A stretch of 35,756 nt of DNA from Deltaproteobacteria bacterium (GTDB taxonomy: Bacteria; Myxococcota; B64-G9): assembly GCA_003647095.1 (NCBI GenBank), contig QMME01000003.1, positions 1 through 35,756 on the forward strand, given 5' to 3'. Shown here piece after piece: positions 21,725 through 31,760 of the stretch (its first letter is position 1; each line of letters begins with the position of its first letter). The notes under the pieces are model-generated. The model saw only the letters and a program-made list of their open reading frames with translations. It made no database searches and was not told the DNA's origin. The translations under genes and the position numbers were made by a program.

Positions 21725-22804
21725 ATGAAAAAGGCAATTCTACTGGCTGGCGCGGTGTCCCTGTTGCTGCTGGCGGGTTGCTCCAAGAAGGCCGGTGCTC
21801 CCGGCGAGTTTTCCATGGTGCCGGCCGATGCCGACATCGTGGGGGTGCTGGATGCCAAGTCGGTCATGGACTACGTCAAGGGCGTGGCACCCAAGCTGGT
21901 TCCCGCGGAGTTGAAGGACCAGATTCCCCCCATCGAGACCCTGCTGCAGCAGGCCATGCAGATGACCGGCATCGACCTCAACAAGCTGGGCCGGGTGATC
22001 TTCGTGGGTTACGCCGGCAGCGACGAAAAGATGGCCTTCTTTGCCGAGGGCATCGAGGCCAAGGCCCTCAAGGGCAAGAAAGAGGCCGATCACAACGGTG
22101 TGACCATCTACAGCATGCCCCAGCACGTGCACTACGCCGAGATCGCCGGCAAGGGCATCGTCGGCGCACCCAGCGTGGAGATGGTCAAGAAGGTTCTCGA
22201 CGCCCAGAGCGGCAAGGCCAAGAAACTGGCCGACGGCGATCGGGCCAAGCTCCTGGGCGAACTCGCCGGCATGGAAAGCGATCTCGACCAGCTGCGCTTC
22301 TACCTGCTCACCGGCGACCTGCCCGGTACTCCTCCGGGCATGAAGCTGCGCGGCGGGGCCTTCTTCTTCGACCTGGACAAGGGCCTGGCCGGCACCATGC
22401 TCGGTGACGAAGCGGGGGCGCAGAAGATCAAGCAGCAGATCGACATGGGTCTCATGGCCGCCCGCGTGGCCCTGGCCATGCCCCAGGACAAGGGCGAGTT
22501 GCCCGTGGAACTGGACGACTCCGCCAAGAAGATGATCACCGAGGTGCTCAACAAGGTGGAAGCCACCCAGAAGGGCGGCACCGTGACCCTGGCCTACCAT
22601 GGCGATCTCAAGCCCCTGGTGGAAAAGGCCGTGGCCGTGGGCCTTGCTTCCTGGCAGAAGGAACGGGCCGGTGCCACTCCGGTTTCCCCTGCCCCGGCGG
22701 CAGCCCAGCCCCCGGCGGCCCCGGTGGCGGCCCCGGCGGCGGCCCCGGCGGCGGCCCCGGCGGCTGCTCCGGCGGCTCCGGCCCCCCAGCCTGTCAAGAA
22801 GTGA
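21725..22804 (+). CDS. Lipoprotein of unknown function with Pro/Ala-rich C-terminal tail
   Basis: MKKAILLAGAVSLLLLAG|C lipobox; strongly G/C-ending codons; tail of PAAA repeats. Confidence 0.85.
   Translation: MKKAILLAGAVSLLLLAGCSKKAGAPGEFSMVPADADIVGVLDAKSVMDYVKGVAPKLVPAELKDQIPPIETLLQQAMQMTGIDLNKLGRVIFVGYAGSDEKMAFFAEGIEAKALKGKKEADHNGVTIYSMPQHVHYAEIAGKGIVGAPSVEMVKKVLDAQSGKAKKLADGDRAKLLGELAGMESDLDQLRFYLLTGDLPGTPPGMKLRGGAFFFDLDKGLAGTMLGDEAGAQKIKQQIDMGLMAARVALAMPQDKGELPVELDDSAKKMITEVLNKVEATQKGGTVTLAYHGDLKPLVEKAVAVGLASWQKERAGATPVSPAPAAAQPPAAPVAAPAAAPAAAPAAAPAAPAPQPVKK
22711..22786 (+). repeat. 12-nt coding tandem repeat (CCGGCGGCGGCC-like, PAAA)n
   Basis: About six degenerate units encoding PAAPVAAPAAAPAAAPAAAPAAPAP. 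Confidence 0.8.
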
Positions 22805-22887
22805 TCTTCATACTTTCTCAAGCCACGACGCCAGCGGCCTGAGCACCCGGCGCGGGTGAGCGGCGGCATTATTTTCCGGAGGTGTCC

Positions 22888-25800
22888 ATGAGGTACCGGT
22901 TTCTGCCGTTGCTGCTGGCGCTGCTGGCAGCGGGGTGTCTGCGGCCGGCGACCTCCCGCCCGGAAGGGGCGACGGCCTTGCCGGCCGTCGAGCCGCGAGC
23001 GCTGTTGGAACGCGGTATCGAGTCGTTCGTGGGGCCGGGGCGGCTGCCGGCGGCCCGGTCGCTGTTTGCCCGGGCTGCCGGTCTGGAGCCCCGCCTCCGG
23101 GAGGCCTGGTGGTGGCTGGCCTGGTCGGACGTCCTGCTGGGTCGCAGCGAGCGCGCCTTCGGCTCTTTCCTGCAAGCGGCCGGCGACTACGCTCACCCGG
23201 CCGACGCCCTGGCCTTGCAACGCGCCTTTGCCCTGCTGTCGGGGCGCCGGCAGGCAGAGCGCCTGCGGGATGTACTGCGCCGGGCCGTCTCCGCTCCCGG
23301 GACCCATCCGCTGGTGCGGGCCCGGGCCCGCTGGCTGCTGGGGCGGTTGCTGCGAAGACTGGGACGCTTCGATCGGGCCCGGCAGGAGTTCGCCCGGCTG
23401 GGCTTCGTCTCCGAGTGGATGGTGGTCGGCCCCTTTGCCAACGACCAGAACTCCGGCTTCGACACCCCCTACGGGCCGGAACGAGAGCCGCTCGATTACC
23501 GGCGGGAGTTCGCCGGCAAGCTGCAGCGAGTGAAGTTCCGGCCGGTGGAGCGCCTCGACTACGATGGCTCGGTCAACCTGTCGGCGTTGCTCGATCCCGA
23601 CAGCTGGAGCTGTGCCTACCTGGCCAGCCACCTGTCGAGTCCCCGGGCCATGCCGGCGGTACTGCGCCTGGGAGTGGGGCGGGCGGTCAAGGTCTGGCTG
23701 AACGGCCGGCTGCTGTTGTCCTCGGACGATGTTGAAAGGGCGGGATTCGACCAGCTGGCAGTCTCCGCCGGCCTGCGCCGGGGCTGGAACCGCTTGCTGG
23801 TCAAGGTCTGCCAGCGCAACGGTCCCTGGTTGCTGCGATTGCGCCTGACCGATCCCCGGGGCCGTCCCCTGCGGCTGCCGGCCACGAACAAGCTGCAGCG
23901 GGTGGCCAGCGGCGCAGACCGGCAGTCTCGCCCCGTTCCTCCCCGGCAACTGGCGGACGTGCTCGAGCAGCAGCTGAAGGGGCGGGGTTCCTGGTTGCAA
24001 CGCCTGCTGGCGCGCTGGCAGATCGAGCAGGGATTCTACCGGCGTGCCGCAGACCGGCTCGACCGCCTGGCGGCGACATCCTCGGGATGCCGTCCCCTGC
24101 TGGCCCTGCTTTCCCACCGGGCACAGCAGGCGGCCGGTCGCGACAGCCTGGCGCTCAAGGCGTTGGATCAAACGACCTGTGCTGCCACCGTCCCCGGCTT
24201 GCTTCTGGCACGAGCCGCCTACGAGAGTTCGCGTGGTCGTTACCAGCGGGCCATGCGCCTGTTGCGCCGTTCCAGGTTGGAACTGGATGGCGAGGGAGAC
24301 GCTGCTCGCCTCTGGACCCGCCTGCTGGTGGAGCGCGGGTTTGCCGTGCCGGCCCGGCAACGGCTGGAGCGCCGGTTGCAACACCGGCCCGACGACGATG
24401 ATTCCTGGCGCCTGTTGGCCGAGGTGGCTGGTACTCTGGACCTGCGACGGCTGGTCTTGCGGTCCAGGAGAAAGGTGCTGGCCCTTCGTCCCGACCTGCC
24501 TGCTGCCTACAACGCACTGGTACGGCTGGCCCGGCAGCGCGGGGACAACGGGCGCGCCCTGCAATTGCTGGATCGCCAGGCACGGGCCTTCCCCTGTTCC
24601 CTGAATACGCGCCTGCTTCGGGCCCGGGTGCTGCTGGCGGTGGGGCGGGAACCGGCGGCCAGGAAACAGCTTGAGCGCTTGCTCCGCTTGAGCCCGGACG
24701 ACTGGCGCGTCTATCGCCTGCTGGGCCAGCTGCATGATCGCCACGGCCGGCGCCGGCTAGCCCTGCAGGCCTTCCAGCGGGCCTTGGAGCTGAAGCCCGA
24801 GGCCAGCTTCCTGCGCGACTACGTGGACTTTCTCGAGGATCGCCAGGACCCGGCCTTCGAACGTTACGGTCTCGGTGCCGACCAGGTTCAGCAGATACTG
24901 ACACGATTGCCTCCACTGTCGGCCTATCCAGAGGCCGAGGCGGTGTTCCTGCTCGACGACGAGGTCACCCATGTCTTTGCCGACGGCTCGGCGCACCACC
25001 TGGTACACCAGGCCTACCTGGTGCGCACGGCCAGCGCCCGGGCTCGCTTCAATCGCTTCGCCGTTCCCAGCGGTCCCTCCTTTCGGCTGGAGGTGGCGGA
25101 GACCATCTTGCCCGATGGCAGTCGCCGCGAGGCGACAGCGGTAAGGCGCGGAGCCATCTACTTCCCCTCGCTGGAGCCGGGCGTGGTGATTCACGTGGCC
25201 TACCAATACGAATCGGCTTCCCTGTCCTGGATGCAGGATCACTTCGCCATGCAGTTCAACTTCCAGGGGCGCTTCCCCTCCTTGCGACCCCGCTGGGTGG
25301 TGGTTACTCCCCCGGGAAAGCAGGTGCAGATCCTCGTACGCGGCCAGGGCATCGAACACCGGCGCCAGTCGCTGGGGGCCGAACGGGTAGACGTCTTTAC
25401 CGCCCGTGACATGCCCATGTTGCACGCCGAGCCGTTGGCGGTTCCGGAACGCGAACGCCGCGCCATGGTGCTGCTGACCACGGTACCCTCCTGGAAGGAA
25501 CTGGCCCGCTGGCAGAACAGCCTTATCGTCGATCAGTTCGAATCGGACCAGGCCATCCGTGAACAGACCGAGAAGCTGGTGGCCGATGCCGGTAGCGTCC
25601 TGGCGAAGGTGGAGGCGCTGTACGGTTTCGTGGCCCGGAAGATCCGCTATCTCAATCACGACGTGGGTATCTTCGGCAAGAAGCCCAACAAGGCCATCAA
25701 TGTTTTCGAAAACCGCTTCGGCGACTGCAAGGACAAGGCCACGCTGTTGATCGCCATGTTGCGCCTGGTGGGTATCGAGGCCGCCTACGCCGGTATCCGT

Positions 25801-26658
25801 ACAGTGGATCGCGGTCCCGTTTTCTGGCAGGTGCCACACGCCCAGACCAACCACGTCATCGCCTACCTGCCCGCCCAGCCGGGCATCGAGCACGAGCTGT
25901 TTCTCGATACCACCGCCGAGTACAACCATTTCCTGCACTTGCCGGAACGCGACCAGGGGGTACGCGCCCTGGTCCTGGAGGGCCAGGGCTACCGCCTGGT
26001 CGACACCCCGGTGCTTCCGCCTTCCGCCTCGCAGCTGCTGTTTACCGCCGACGCCTCCCTGGAGGGTGACGACCTGGTCATGCAGGTGCGCGAGAGCTGG
26101 AGCGGCTGGTTGGCGGCCTGGTTCCGATCGCACCTGAACGTGGAAGGCAAGCGCCGCGAGTTCATGGCCGGACTGCTCAACGTTCGTTTCCCGGGGGCTT
26201 CCCTGTCCGGCGACCACTACCGGGGCATTGACGACCTGGGAAAACAGGCCGGGATAGATTACCGCTTGCTCCTGCCCGGCCGGGCTCGCCGCGAAGGCAA
26301 GCAACTACGACTCAATCTTTTCTGGTTCGACAAGCTGGTGGAGCGCATGACTCCGCGGCCGGAACGCCACGGGGACGTGTTCCTGCCCTACCGGGCGGAA
26401 AGAATATTGCGGGTGAAGCTGCACTTGCCACCCCGGGTGAGGCCGCTGGTACTGCCCCCACCGGTGAACATCGACAACGACCTCGTCGGCTTCTCCCAGT
26501 CATGTTCCGAGAAGGAAGGAGTCCTGGAATGCCAGCGCCGGCTGGTGATCAAGCCCCGGCGCATACCCCGCGAGCGCTACCAGGAATTCCGCCGGCTGTG
26601 TCACCTTATCGATCAGGCCGAACGTGTGGAAATAGTCTTGCCCGACGGCACTCAATGA
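22888..26658 (+). CDS. Large lipoprotein: TPR repeats + beta-sandwich insert + DUF3857 + transglutaminase-like core
   Basis: Lipobox LAAG|C; TPR-like helices; WMVVGPF...NRLLVKV insert; triad motifs GDCKDKATLL / NHVIAY / FLDTT. ATG 22888 follows SD GGAGG. Confidence 0.85.
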   Translation: MRYRFLPLLLALLAAGCLRPATSRPEGATALPAVEPRALLERGIESFVGPGRLPAARSLFARAAGLEPRLREAWWWLAWSDVLLGRSERAFGSFLQAAGDYAHPADALALQRAFALLSGRRQAERLRDVLRRAVSAPGTHPLVRARARWLLGRLLRRLGRFDRARQEFARLGFVSEWMVVGPFANDQNSGFDTPYGPEREPLDYRREFAGKLQRVKFRPVERLDYDGSVNLSALLDPDSWSCAYLASHLSSPRAMPAVLRLGVGRAVKVWLNGRLLLSSDDVERAGFDQLAVSAGLRRGWNRLLVKVCQRNGPWLLRLRLTDPRGRPLRLPATNKLQRVASGADRQSRPVPPRQLADVLEQQLKGRGSWLQRLLARWQIEQGFYRRAADRLDRLAATSSGCRPLLALLSHRAQQAAGRDSLALKALDQTTCAATVPGLLLARAAYESSRGRYQRAMRLLRRSRLELDGEGDAARLWTRLLVERGFAVPARQRLERRLQHRPDDDDSWRLLAEVAGTLDLRRLVLRSRRKVLALRPDLPAAYNALVRLARQRGDNGRALQLLDRQARAFPCSLNTRLLRARVLLAVGREPAARKQLERLLRLSPDDWRVYRLLGQLHDRHGRRRLALQAFQRALELKPEASFLRDYVDFLEDRQDPAFERYGLGADQVQQILTRLPPLSAYPEAEAVFLLDDEVTHVFADGSAHHLVHQAYLVRTASARARFNRFAVPSGPSFRLEVAETILPDGSRREATAVRRGAIYFPSLEPGVVIHVAYQYESASLSWMQDHFAMQFNFQGRFPSLRPRWVVVTPPGKQVQILVRGQGIEHRRQSLGAERVDVFTARDMPMLHAEPLAVPERERRAMVLLTTVPSWKELARWQNSLIVDQFESDQAIREQTEKLVADAGSVLAKVEALYGFVARKIRYLNHDVGIFGKKPNKAINVFENRFGDCKDKATLLIAMLRLVGIEAAYAGIRTVDRGPVFWQVPHAQTNHVIAYLPAQPGIEHELFLDTTAEYNHFLHLPERDQGVRALVLEGQGYRLVDTPVLPPSASQLLFTADASLEGDDLVMQVRESWSGWLAAWFRSHLNVEGKRREFMAGLLNVRFPGASLSGDHYRGIDDLGKQAGIDYRLLLPGRARREGKQLRLNLFWFDKLVERMTPRPERHGDVFLPYRAERILRVKLHLPPRVRPLVLPPPVNIDNDLVGFSQSCSEKEGVLECQRRLVIKPRRIPRERYQEFRRLCHLIDQAERVEIVLPDGTQ

Positions 26659-28847
26659 TGCTGCTGGCGTAACCAGCGCACCACGCTGGGAAGATCGAGA
26701 TCGCTTTCGTCGCTCAAGGTTGCGGTGGAGGCTCCGGCGGCAGGCAAGTAGCACATCTGGGTATAGTCCACCACCATGCGGGCGGCGTTGTAGCGCCAGG
26801 CCAGGCTGGCCAGGGCGTGTTTCATGCGCGCCAGCCAGGCGATGGGCAGACCGGCCTCGTCACGCTGGTAGAACAGGGGTACGACTTGCTCTTGCAGCAC
26901 CCGGCGCAACTGTTCCCCCTCGCGGGCGTCCTGCACGGCGGGATCGCTATGCAGCGAACCGTCGCCGATGGCAAAACCGTTCTCGCCGTCATAAGCCTCG
27001 GCCCACCAGCCATCCAGGGTGGAGCAGTTCAGGCCGCCGTTGAGGACGACTTTCTGGCCGCTGGTGCCGCAGGCTTCGAGCGGACGACGCGGGTTGTTCA
27101 GCCACAGGTCCACACCCTGTACCAGGTGCCTGGCCACGTTGATGTCGTAATCCTCCACCAGCACCATCCGGCCCCGCAGTTCCGACCGGCGGCTGAGGTG
27201 GAAGATACGCTTGATGATCTCCTTGCCCCGCTCGTCCCGGGGGTGGGCCTTGCCGGCGTAGAGAATCTGCACCGGCCGCTGCTCGTCTCCCAGCAGCCGG
27301 ACCAGCCACTCCTCATTGTCCAGCAGCAGGTTGGCACGCTTGTAAAGGGCGAAGCGTCGGGCGAAGCCTATGGTCAGGGCGTCGGGATTGAGCAGGCCGG
27401 CCCGCTGGCGGGCTTCCTGCTCGTCCTCTCCCCGGCGCAGGGCCTGTCGTACCAGGCGTCGCCGGACGAAATCGATGAGGCGGCCCTTCAGGACCCGGTG
27501 GGTCTCCCACAGTTCACCGTCATCGATATCCAGCACTTCCTGCCATACCTGGGGGCGACGAATGCGTTCGAGCCAGTCGCGACCCAGATGCCGTTCATAC
27601 AGGCGGCGCATCTGCGGTGCCAGCCAGGAAGCCACGTGCACCCCGTTGGTGATGTGACCGATGGGCACCTCGTGGACGGCTCTGCCCGGCCAAAGCGATT
27701 GCCACATGCGCCGGCTCACCCCGCCGTGGATGGCCGACACCCCGTTGGCCCGCTGTGACATCTTCAGCGCCAGCACCGTCATGCAGAACGGTTCCCGCTG
27801 GTCGTCGGGATCGCTGCGCCCCAGGCCCAGGAACTGCTTTTCGTCGATGTTGAGCCTCTGCCGCAGGCGACCCAGGTTCTGCTCCACCAGGTCTGCCGGG
27901 AAGCGATCGTGCCCGGCCTCGACGGGGGTGTGGGTGGTGAACACGGTGCTCTCGGCCACCTGCCGGGCCGCCACCTCGAAGGATGTTTCCTGCTCGCTCA
28001 TGAGCCGGCGGGCCGCTTCCAGGGCGGCGAAGGCGCAGTGACCCTCGTTCAGGTGAATGACGCCGGGCTTGATACCCAGGGCCTCGAGTGCCCGCATGCC
28101 GCCGACGCCGAGCAGGATTTCCTGGCGGATGCGTACCCGCTGGTCACCTCCGTAGAGGCGTTCCAGGTGGGTGGCCAGTGCCTGGTCGGCGGCGACGTTG
28201 TCCTCGGTTCGCGGATCGAGCAGCAGCAGGCGGTTACGACCCACCCGCGCCTCGAGCACGCTGGAGAAAAGGGGTCCGTCGAGGGTGTCGACGCGCACCT
28301 GCACCGGCTGGCCGTCCGTTCCGCGGGCGGGCCGCAGGGGCAGGGAGGCCAGGTCGGCGGTTTCGTACTGTTCCTGTTGCCAGCCGTCGAGATCTATCCG
28401 CTGCCGGAAGTAGCCCTGGTCGTAGAACAGTCCTACTCCCACCATGGGAACGCCCAGGTCCGAGGCCGCCTTGAGGTGATCTCCGGCCAGTACCCCCAGG
28501 CCGCCCGAGTACAGGGGCAGCGACTCGTGCAGCCCGAACTCGGCGCAGAAATACGCCACCGGGCGCACCCGCAGGGGCCCGGCATGGATGCGGCCCCAGC
28601 CGCGGCGGGCATCGAGGTATTCCTGTAAACGATGGTAGGCATAGATGACGCGACTCTCGATGGCCAGTTCCCGGGCCCGCTCCTCGAGCCGTCCGGGTCC
28701 GCTTTCACGCAGGAAGGCCAGGGCGTTGTGGTTGCAGCGCCGCCACAGCTCCTCGTCGAGTTCACGCAGGATATCTATGAACTCGGGTTGCCAGGACCAC
28801 CACAGGTTCCCGGCGATGTGAAGCATCTTCTGGTAGAGCTTTTCCAT
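26652..28847 (-). CDS. glgP: Alpha-glucan (glycogen/maltodextrin) phosphorylase
   Basis: [68 protein letters not shown] (PLP Lys). Start MEKLYQK at 28847 with SD GGAGG. Confidence 0.97.
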   Translation of the reverse strand: MEKLYQKMLHIAGNLWWSWQPEFIDILRELDEELWRRCNHNALAFLRESGPGRLEERARELAIESRVIYAYHRLQEYLDARRGWGRIHAGPLRVRPVAYFCAEFGLHESLPLYSGGLGVLAGDHLKAASDLGVPMVGVGLFYDQGYFRQRIDLDGWQQEQYETADLASLPLRPARGTDGQPVQVRVDTLDGPLFSSVLEARVGRNRLLLLDPRTEDNVAADQALATHLERLYGGDQRVRIRQEILLGVGGMRALEALGIKPGVIHLNEGHCAFAALEAARRLMSEQETSFEVAARQVAESTVFTTHTPVEAGHDRFPADLVEQNLGRLRQRLNIDEKQFLGLGRSDPDDQREPFCMTVLALKMSQRANGVSAIHGGVSRRMWQSLWPGRAVHEVPIGHITNGVHVASWLAPQMRRLYERHLGRDWLERIRRPQVWQEVLDIDDGELWETHRVLKGRLIDFVRRRLVRQALRRGEDEQEARQRAGLLNPDALTIGFARRFALYKRANLLLDNEEWLVRLLGDEQRPVQILYAGKAHPRDERGKEIIKRIFHLSRRSELRGRMVLVEDYDINVARHLVQGVDLWLNNPRRPLEACGTSGQKVVLNGGLNCSTLDGWWAEAYDGENGFAIGDGSLHSDPAVQDAREGEQLRRVLQEQVVPLFYQRDEAGLPIAWLARMKHALASLAWRYNAARMVVDYTQMCYLPAAGASTATLSDESDLDLPSVVRWLRQQHH

Positions 28848-28876
28848 GGTTGCCTCCAGCCGCCAGTGAGTGAGGC

Positions 28877-28965
28877 ATTGTCCTAGATCGGAAAACGACT
28901 CGTCAACCAAGAAAACTTCTGGTGGAGAGCAACGATTGACAGGGCAACGGCGGCGATGGTACACA
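28877..28965. promoter_or_regulatory. Back-to-back promoters for glgP (-) and polyprenyl synthetase (+)
   Basis: Minus: TTGACG (28906-28901)-18 nt-GACAAT (28882-28877). Plus: TTGACA (28936-28941)-18 nt-TACACA with TG extension. Confidence 0.4.
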
Positions 28966-29079
28966 GGCATGCCGCTGGTAGTTGCCCGGGTGGCGCTAAC
29001 CGGGTAACCTGGCTACAAATGGTCCGAAACCCGGAGTCCTCGACTCACCGGCACCGGGAAGGAAGGATCCGACGAGATC

Positions 29080-30087
29080 ATGAGCGATGCGCTGCTAACA
29101 GCCCGGGCCGTGGATGTCAGCCCACTCGCCGACGCCCAGCGACTGGTGGCACCAGCGCTGCAGCTGGTCGAGCGGCAGATTGAACAGAGCACCTCGTCGG
29201 CAGTACAACTGGTTCCCGAAGTGGCGCGTCACCTGGTGGATTCCGGGGGCAAGCGTATCCGCCCCACCCTATCGCTGCTGGTCTGTCGCCTGGCCGGTGG
29301 CCACGCGGAAGACGATGTCGAGCTGGCCGCCGCCACGGAACTGTTCCACAATGCCTCGCTGTTGCACGACGACGTGGTGGATCGCGGGCACGTGCGCCGC
29401 GGGGTGCCGGCGGCGCCCCGGGTGTACGGAAATTCCGCCAGTGTGCTGGTAGGAGATTTTCTCATGGCCCGGGCGCTGAAACTGGTGGTGGAACACGGCT
29501 CCCGGCACTTGCTCGAGCACCTGTGTTCCACCATTACCTCGATGGCCGAAGGAGAGGTCCTGCAGCTGGTGCGTTCCGGGCGGATGACCCTGAACATGCC
29601 CGGTTACGAGCAGATCATCTCCGGCAAGACGGCAGGCCTGTTTTCCTGGTGCTGCCGGGCCGGGGCCTGCCAGGCTGGGGCGAAAGAGTCGCAGGTGGAG
29701 GCGGCGGCCCGGTTGGGCAAGTTCTTCGGCATGGCCTTTCAAGTGACCGACGACGTGCTCGACTACACCTCCGGGCCGGAGAGAAGCGGCAAGGACCTGG
29801 CCAACGACCTGCAGCAGGGCAAGGTGACCCTGCCGTTGTTGTTCGCCTGCGAGCGGGATTCGTCCCTGTTCGAATGCGTGGAGGAACTGGCCCGCGGCGA
29901 GCCAGGCCCCGAGCAGTGCCTGCACATCGTCGAGCGGGTAATCGCTTCCGACGCCATCGACCGTTCCATGGAAATGGCCCGGGACTTCTGCGGCAAGGTC
30001 TCCGAGGAGTTGGGAAGTTTTGCAGGCGGTCCGGAATCGGAGGTCATCGAACGCCTGACCGCCCACCTGCTGGAAAGAGTATCCTGA
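29080..30087 (+). CDS. Long-chain polyprenyl diphosphate synthase (IspB/HepT-like)
   Basis: SGGKRIRP, HNASLLHDDVVD...RRG (FARM), LVGDFL, AEGEVLQL, KTA, AFQVTDDVLD (SARM), GKVTLP. Confidence 0.93.
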   Translation: MSDALLTARAVDVSPLADAQRLVAPALQLVERQIEQSTSSAVQLVPEVARHLVDSGGKRIRPTLSLLVCRLAGGHAEDDVELAAATELFHNASLLHDDVVDRGHVRRGVPAAPRVYGNSASVLVGDFLMARALKLVVEHGSRHLLEHLCSTITSMAEGEVLQLVRSGRMTLNMPGYEQIISGKTAGLFSWCCRAGACQAGAKESQVEAAARLGKFFGMAFQVTDDVLDYTSGPERSGKDLANDLQQGKVTLPLLFACERDSSLFECVEELARGEPGPEQCLHIVERVIASDAIDRSMEMARDFCGKVSEELGSFAGGPESEVIERLTAHLLERVS

Positions 30088-30239
30088 CCAGGCAACCGGT
30101 TGTATAAACCGAAACGTTATGACCTACATGTGGTGGTAACTGTAGTTTCTGATCTCGCAATATTTTTCCCATCCACCTGCTAACAGTGTGATTTTGAAGA
30201 GTGTTTTGGTCAAGTGGCCGATTCCGGGCATGCAATACC

Positions 30240-30256
30240 TGTGACGTATTGTCACA
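30240..30256. promoter_or_regulatory. Palindromic putative enhancer (UAS) TGTGAC-N5-GTCACA
   Basis: Perfect 6-bp inverted repeat about 100 nt upstream of a sigma54 promoter. Confidence 0.55.
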
Positions 30257-30310
30257 TAGAACACAATAATGCGCGGTGCGTCAGGACGTGCAGTGACATA
30301 TGTTTCTATA

Positions 30311-30323
30311 TATCAAGGAGTTG
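30311..30323 (+). promoter_or_regulatory. IHF binding site
   Basis: TATCAA-GGAG-TTG matches WATCAANNNNTTR exactly, with AT-rich 5' flank, located between palindrome and sigma54 site. Confidence 0.65.
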
Positions 30324-30348
30324 TCGAGCACCGGTATTATGCGCGATT

Positions 30349-30365
30349 TTGGCACGGCATATGCA
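30349..30365 (+). promoter_or_regulatory. Sigma54 (-24/-12) promoter
   Basis: TTGGCACGGCATATGCA: TGGCACG and GG-N10-GC spacing, 37 nt upstream of ATG 30402. Confidence 0.8.
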
Positions 30366-30401
30366 CCCGGTGAAGGCGGACGCTAGCATAGGAGGAAGGA
30401 C

Positions 30402-31706
30402 ATGCGTAAAATCATTTCGATTCTGGCGGTGGCCGGTCTGGTGGCGGCGTGTTCGCCCGGCAGCATCGAGGACATTTCTCCGACGGCCGATGATTCCTTC
30501 AGCCGCCAGGACAACAAGATAGTGGGTGGCTCGGTTTACGAGGGCCTGCCCGCGGTGGGAGCCCTGGTCTACAACGGCAACATGCACTGCACCGGTACCC
30601 TGATTGCCCCGCGCAAGGTGCTCACCGCCGGCCACTGTGTCTCGGGCTTCAGTGCCTCGCGCATGCAGTTCGTCATCGGCCCGCGCATCGACCAGGCCCA
30701 GTACGTCATCGACGCTGCTTCCATACAGGCACACCCGTACTACAACGGTTCCTCGATAACCAACGATATCGGCCTGGTCATTCTCAAGCAGGATGCTCCC
30801 ATTGCTCCCCTGGGTATCAACACCGCCAGCATGAACTCGTGGAAGGGCACCAGCCTGTTCTTCGTCGGCTACGGTGTCAACAACGGCTACAACCAGACCG
30901 GCGCCGGTATCAAGCGGGCGGTGTGGATGGACATCACCGGTGTCTCCACCTCCACGTTTTCCTACGAGAATCCCGACAAGAACACTTGCAACGGAGACTC
31001 CGGTGGACCCGCCTTCCTCAAGACCTCCTCGGGCGACTACCTGGTGGCCGGGGTTACCTCCTACGGCGACCAGTACTGCAATTCCTACGGTGTCGATACC
31101 CGCGTCGATGCCTACCTGGACTTCGTCGGTGAGACCGGTGGCAGCACACAGCCCGACCAGCCCGCCGATCCCTGCAACGGCGAGACCTACGAGGGTCGCT
31201 GCGACGGCGACACCGTGGTCTGGTGCGAAAACGACCAGGTAAACACCCAGGACTGCGCTGCTTCCGGCAAGGTCTGCGGCTGGTCCGACCAGTACGGCTA
31301 CTATGGTTGTGTCGCCGCCCCGCAGCAACCGGATGAACCACCCGATCAACCTCCCGACCAGCCCGCCGATCCCTGCAACGGTGAAACCTACGAGGGTCGC
31401 TGCGACGGCGACAGCGTCATCTGGTGTGAAAACGACCAGGTCAACACCCAGGATTGCGCTGCTTCCGGCAAGGTCTGCGGCTGGTCCGACCAGTACGGCT
31501 ACTATGGCTGCATAACGGCTGCCCAGCAGCCCGATCAGCAGCCCGAGCAGCCCGCGGACCCTTGCAACGGCGAGACCTGGCAGGGTCGCTGCGAGGGCGA
31601 CACGGTCATCTGGTGCGAAAACGACCAGGTCAATTCCATCGACTGCGGTTCACACGGCGCCAGTTGCGGCTGGAACTACCAGAAGGGCTACTACGACTGC
31701 ATCTAG
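30402..31706 (+). CDS. S1 (trypsin-fold) serine protease lipoprotein with three Cys-rich C-terminal repeats
   Basis: Lipobox VAA|C, activation site K|IVGG, LTAGHC, NDIGL, GDSGGP; SD AGGAGG. Confidence 0.95.
   Translation: MRKIISILAVAGLVAACSPGSIEDISPTADDSFSRQDNKIVGGSVYEGLPAVGALVYNGNMHCTGTLIAPRKVLTAGHCVSGFSASRMQFVIGPRIDQAQYVIDAASIQAHPYYNGSSITNDIGLVILKQDAPIAPLGINTASMNSWKGTSLFFVGYGVNNGYNQTGAGIKRAVWMDITGVSTSTFSYENPDKNTCNGDSGGPAFLKTSSGDYLVAGVTSYGDQYCNSYGVDTRVDAYLDFVGETGGSTQPDQPADPCNGETYEGRCDGDTVVWCENDQVNTQDCAASGKVCGWSDQYGYYGCVAAPQQPDEPPDQPPDQPADPCNGETYEGRCDGDSVIWCENDQVNTQDCAASGKVCGWSDQYGYYGCITAAQQPDQQPEQPADPCNGETWQGRCEGDTVIWCENDQVNSIDCGSHGASCGWNYQKGYYDCI
31151..31703 (+). repeat. Three ~48-aa six-Cys coding repeats with Pro/Gln/Asp linkers
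   Basis: PADPCNGETYEGRCDGDTVVWCENDQVNTQDCAASGKVCGWSDQYGYYGC starting about 31161, 31362 and 31551 (periods 201 and 189 nt). Confidence 0.9.
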
Positions 31707-31728
31707 GGCGAGCACCTTCCCCTTTCCT

Positions 31729-31760
31729 GCCCCCCGCCTCCACGGGCGGGGGGTGTTTTC
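31729..31760 (+). terminator. Intrinsic terminator between convergent protease and fdhA
   Basis: CCCCCCGCC-tccacg-GGCGGGGGG stem followed by TGTTTTC. Confidence 0.7.

Noticed and set aside
22594-26304. 716-aa and 515-aa minus-strand ORFs
   Set aside because: Antisense to the transglutaminase-like gene; no recognisable domain.
26652-26658. 7-nt convergent overlap of transglutaminase-like gene and glgP
   Set aside because: Common stop-codon overlap; no further signal.
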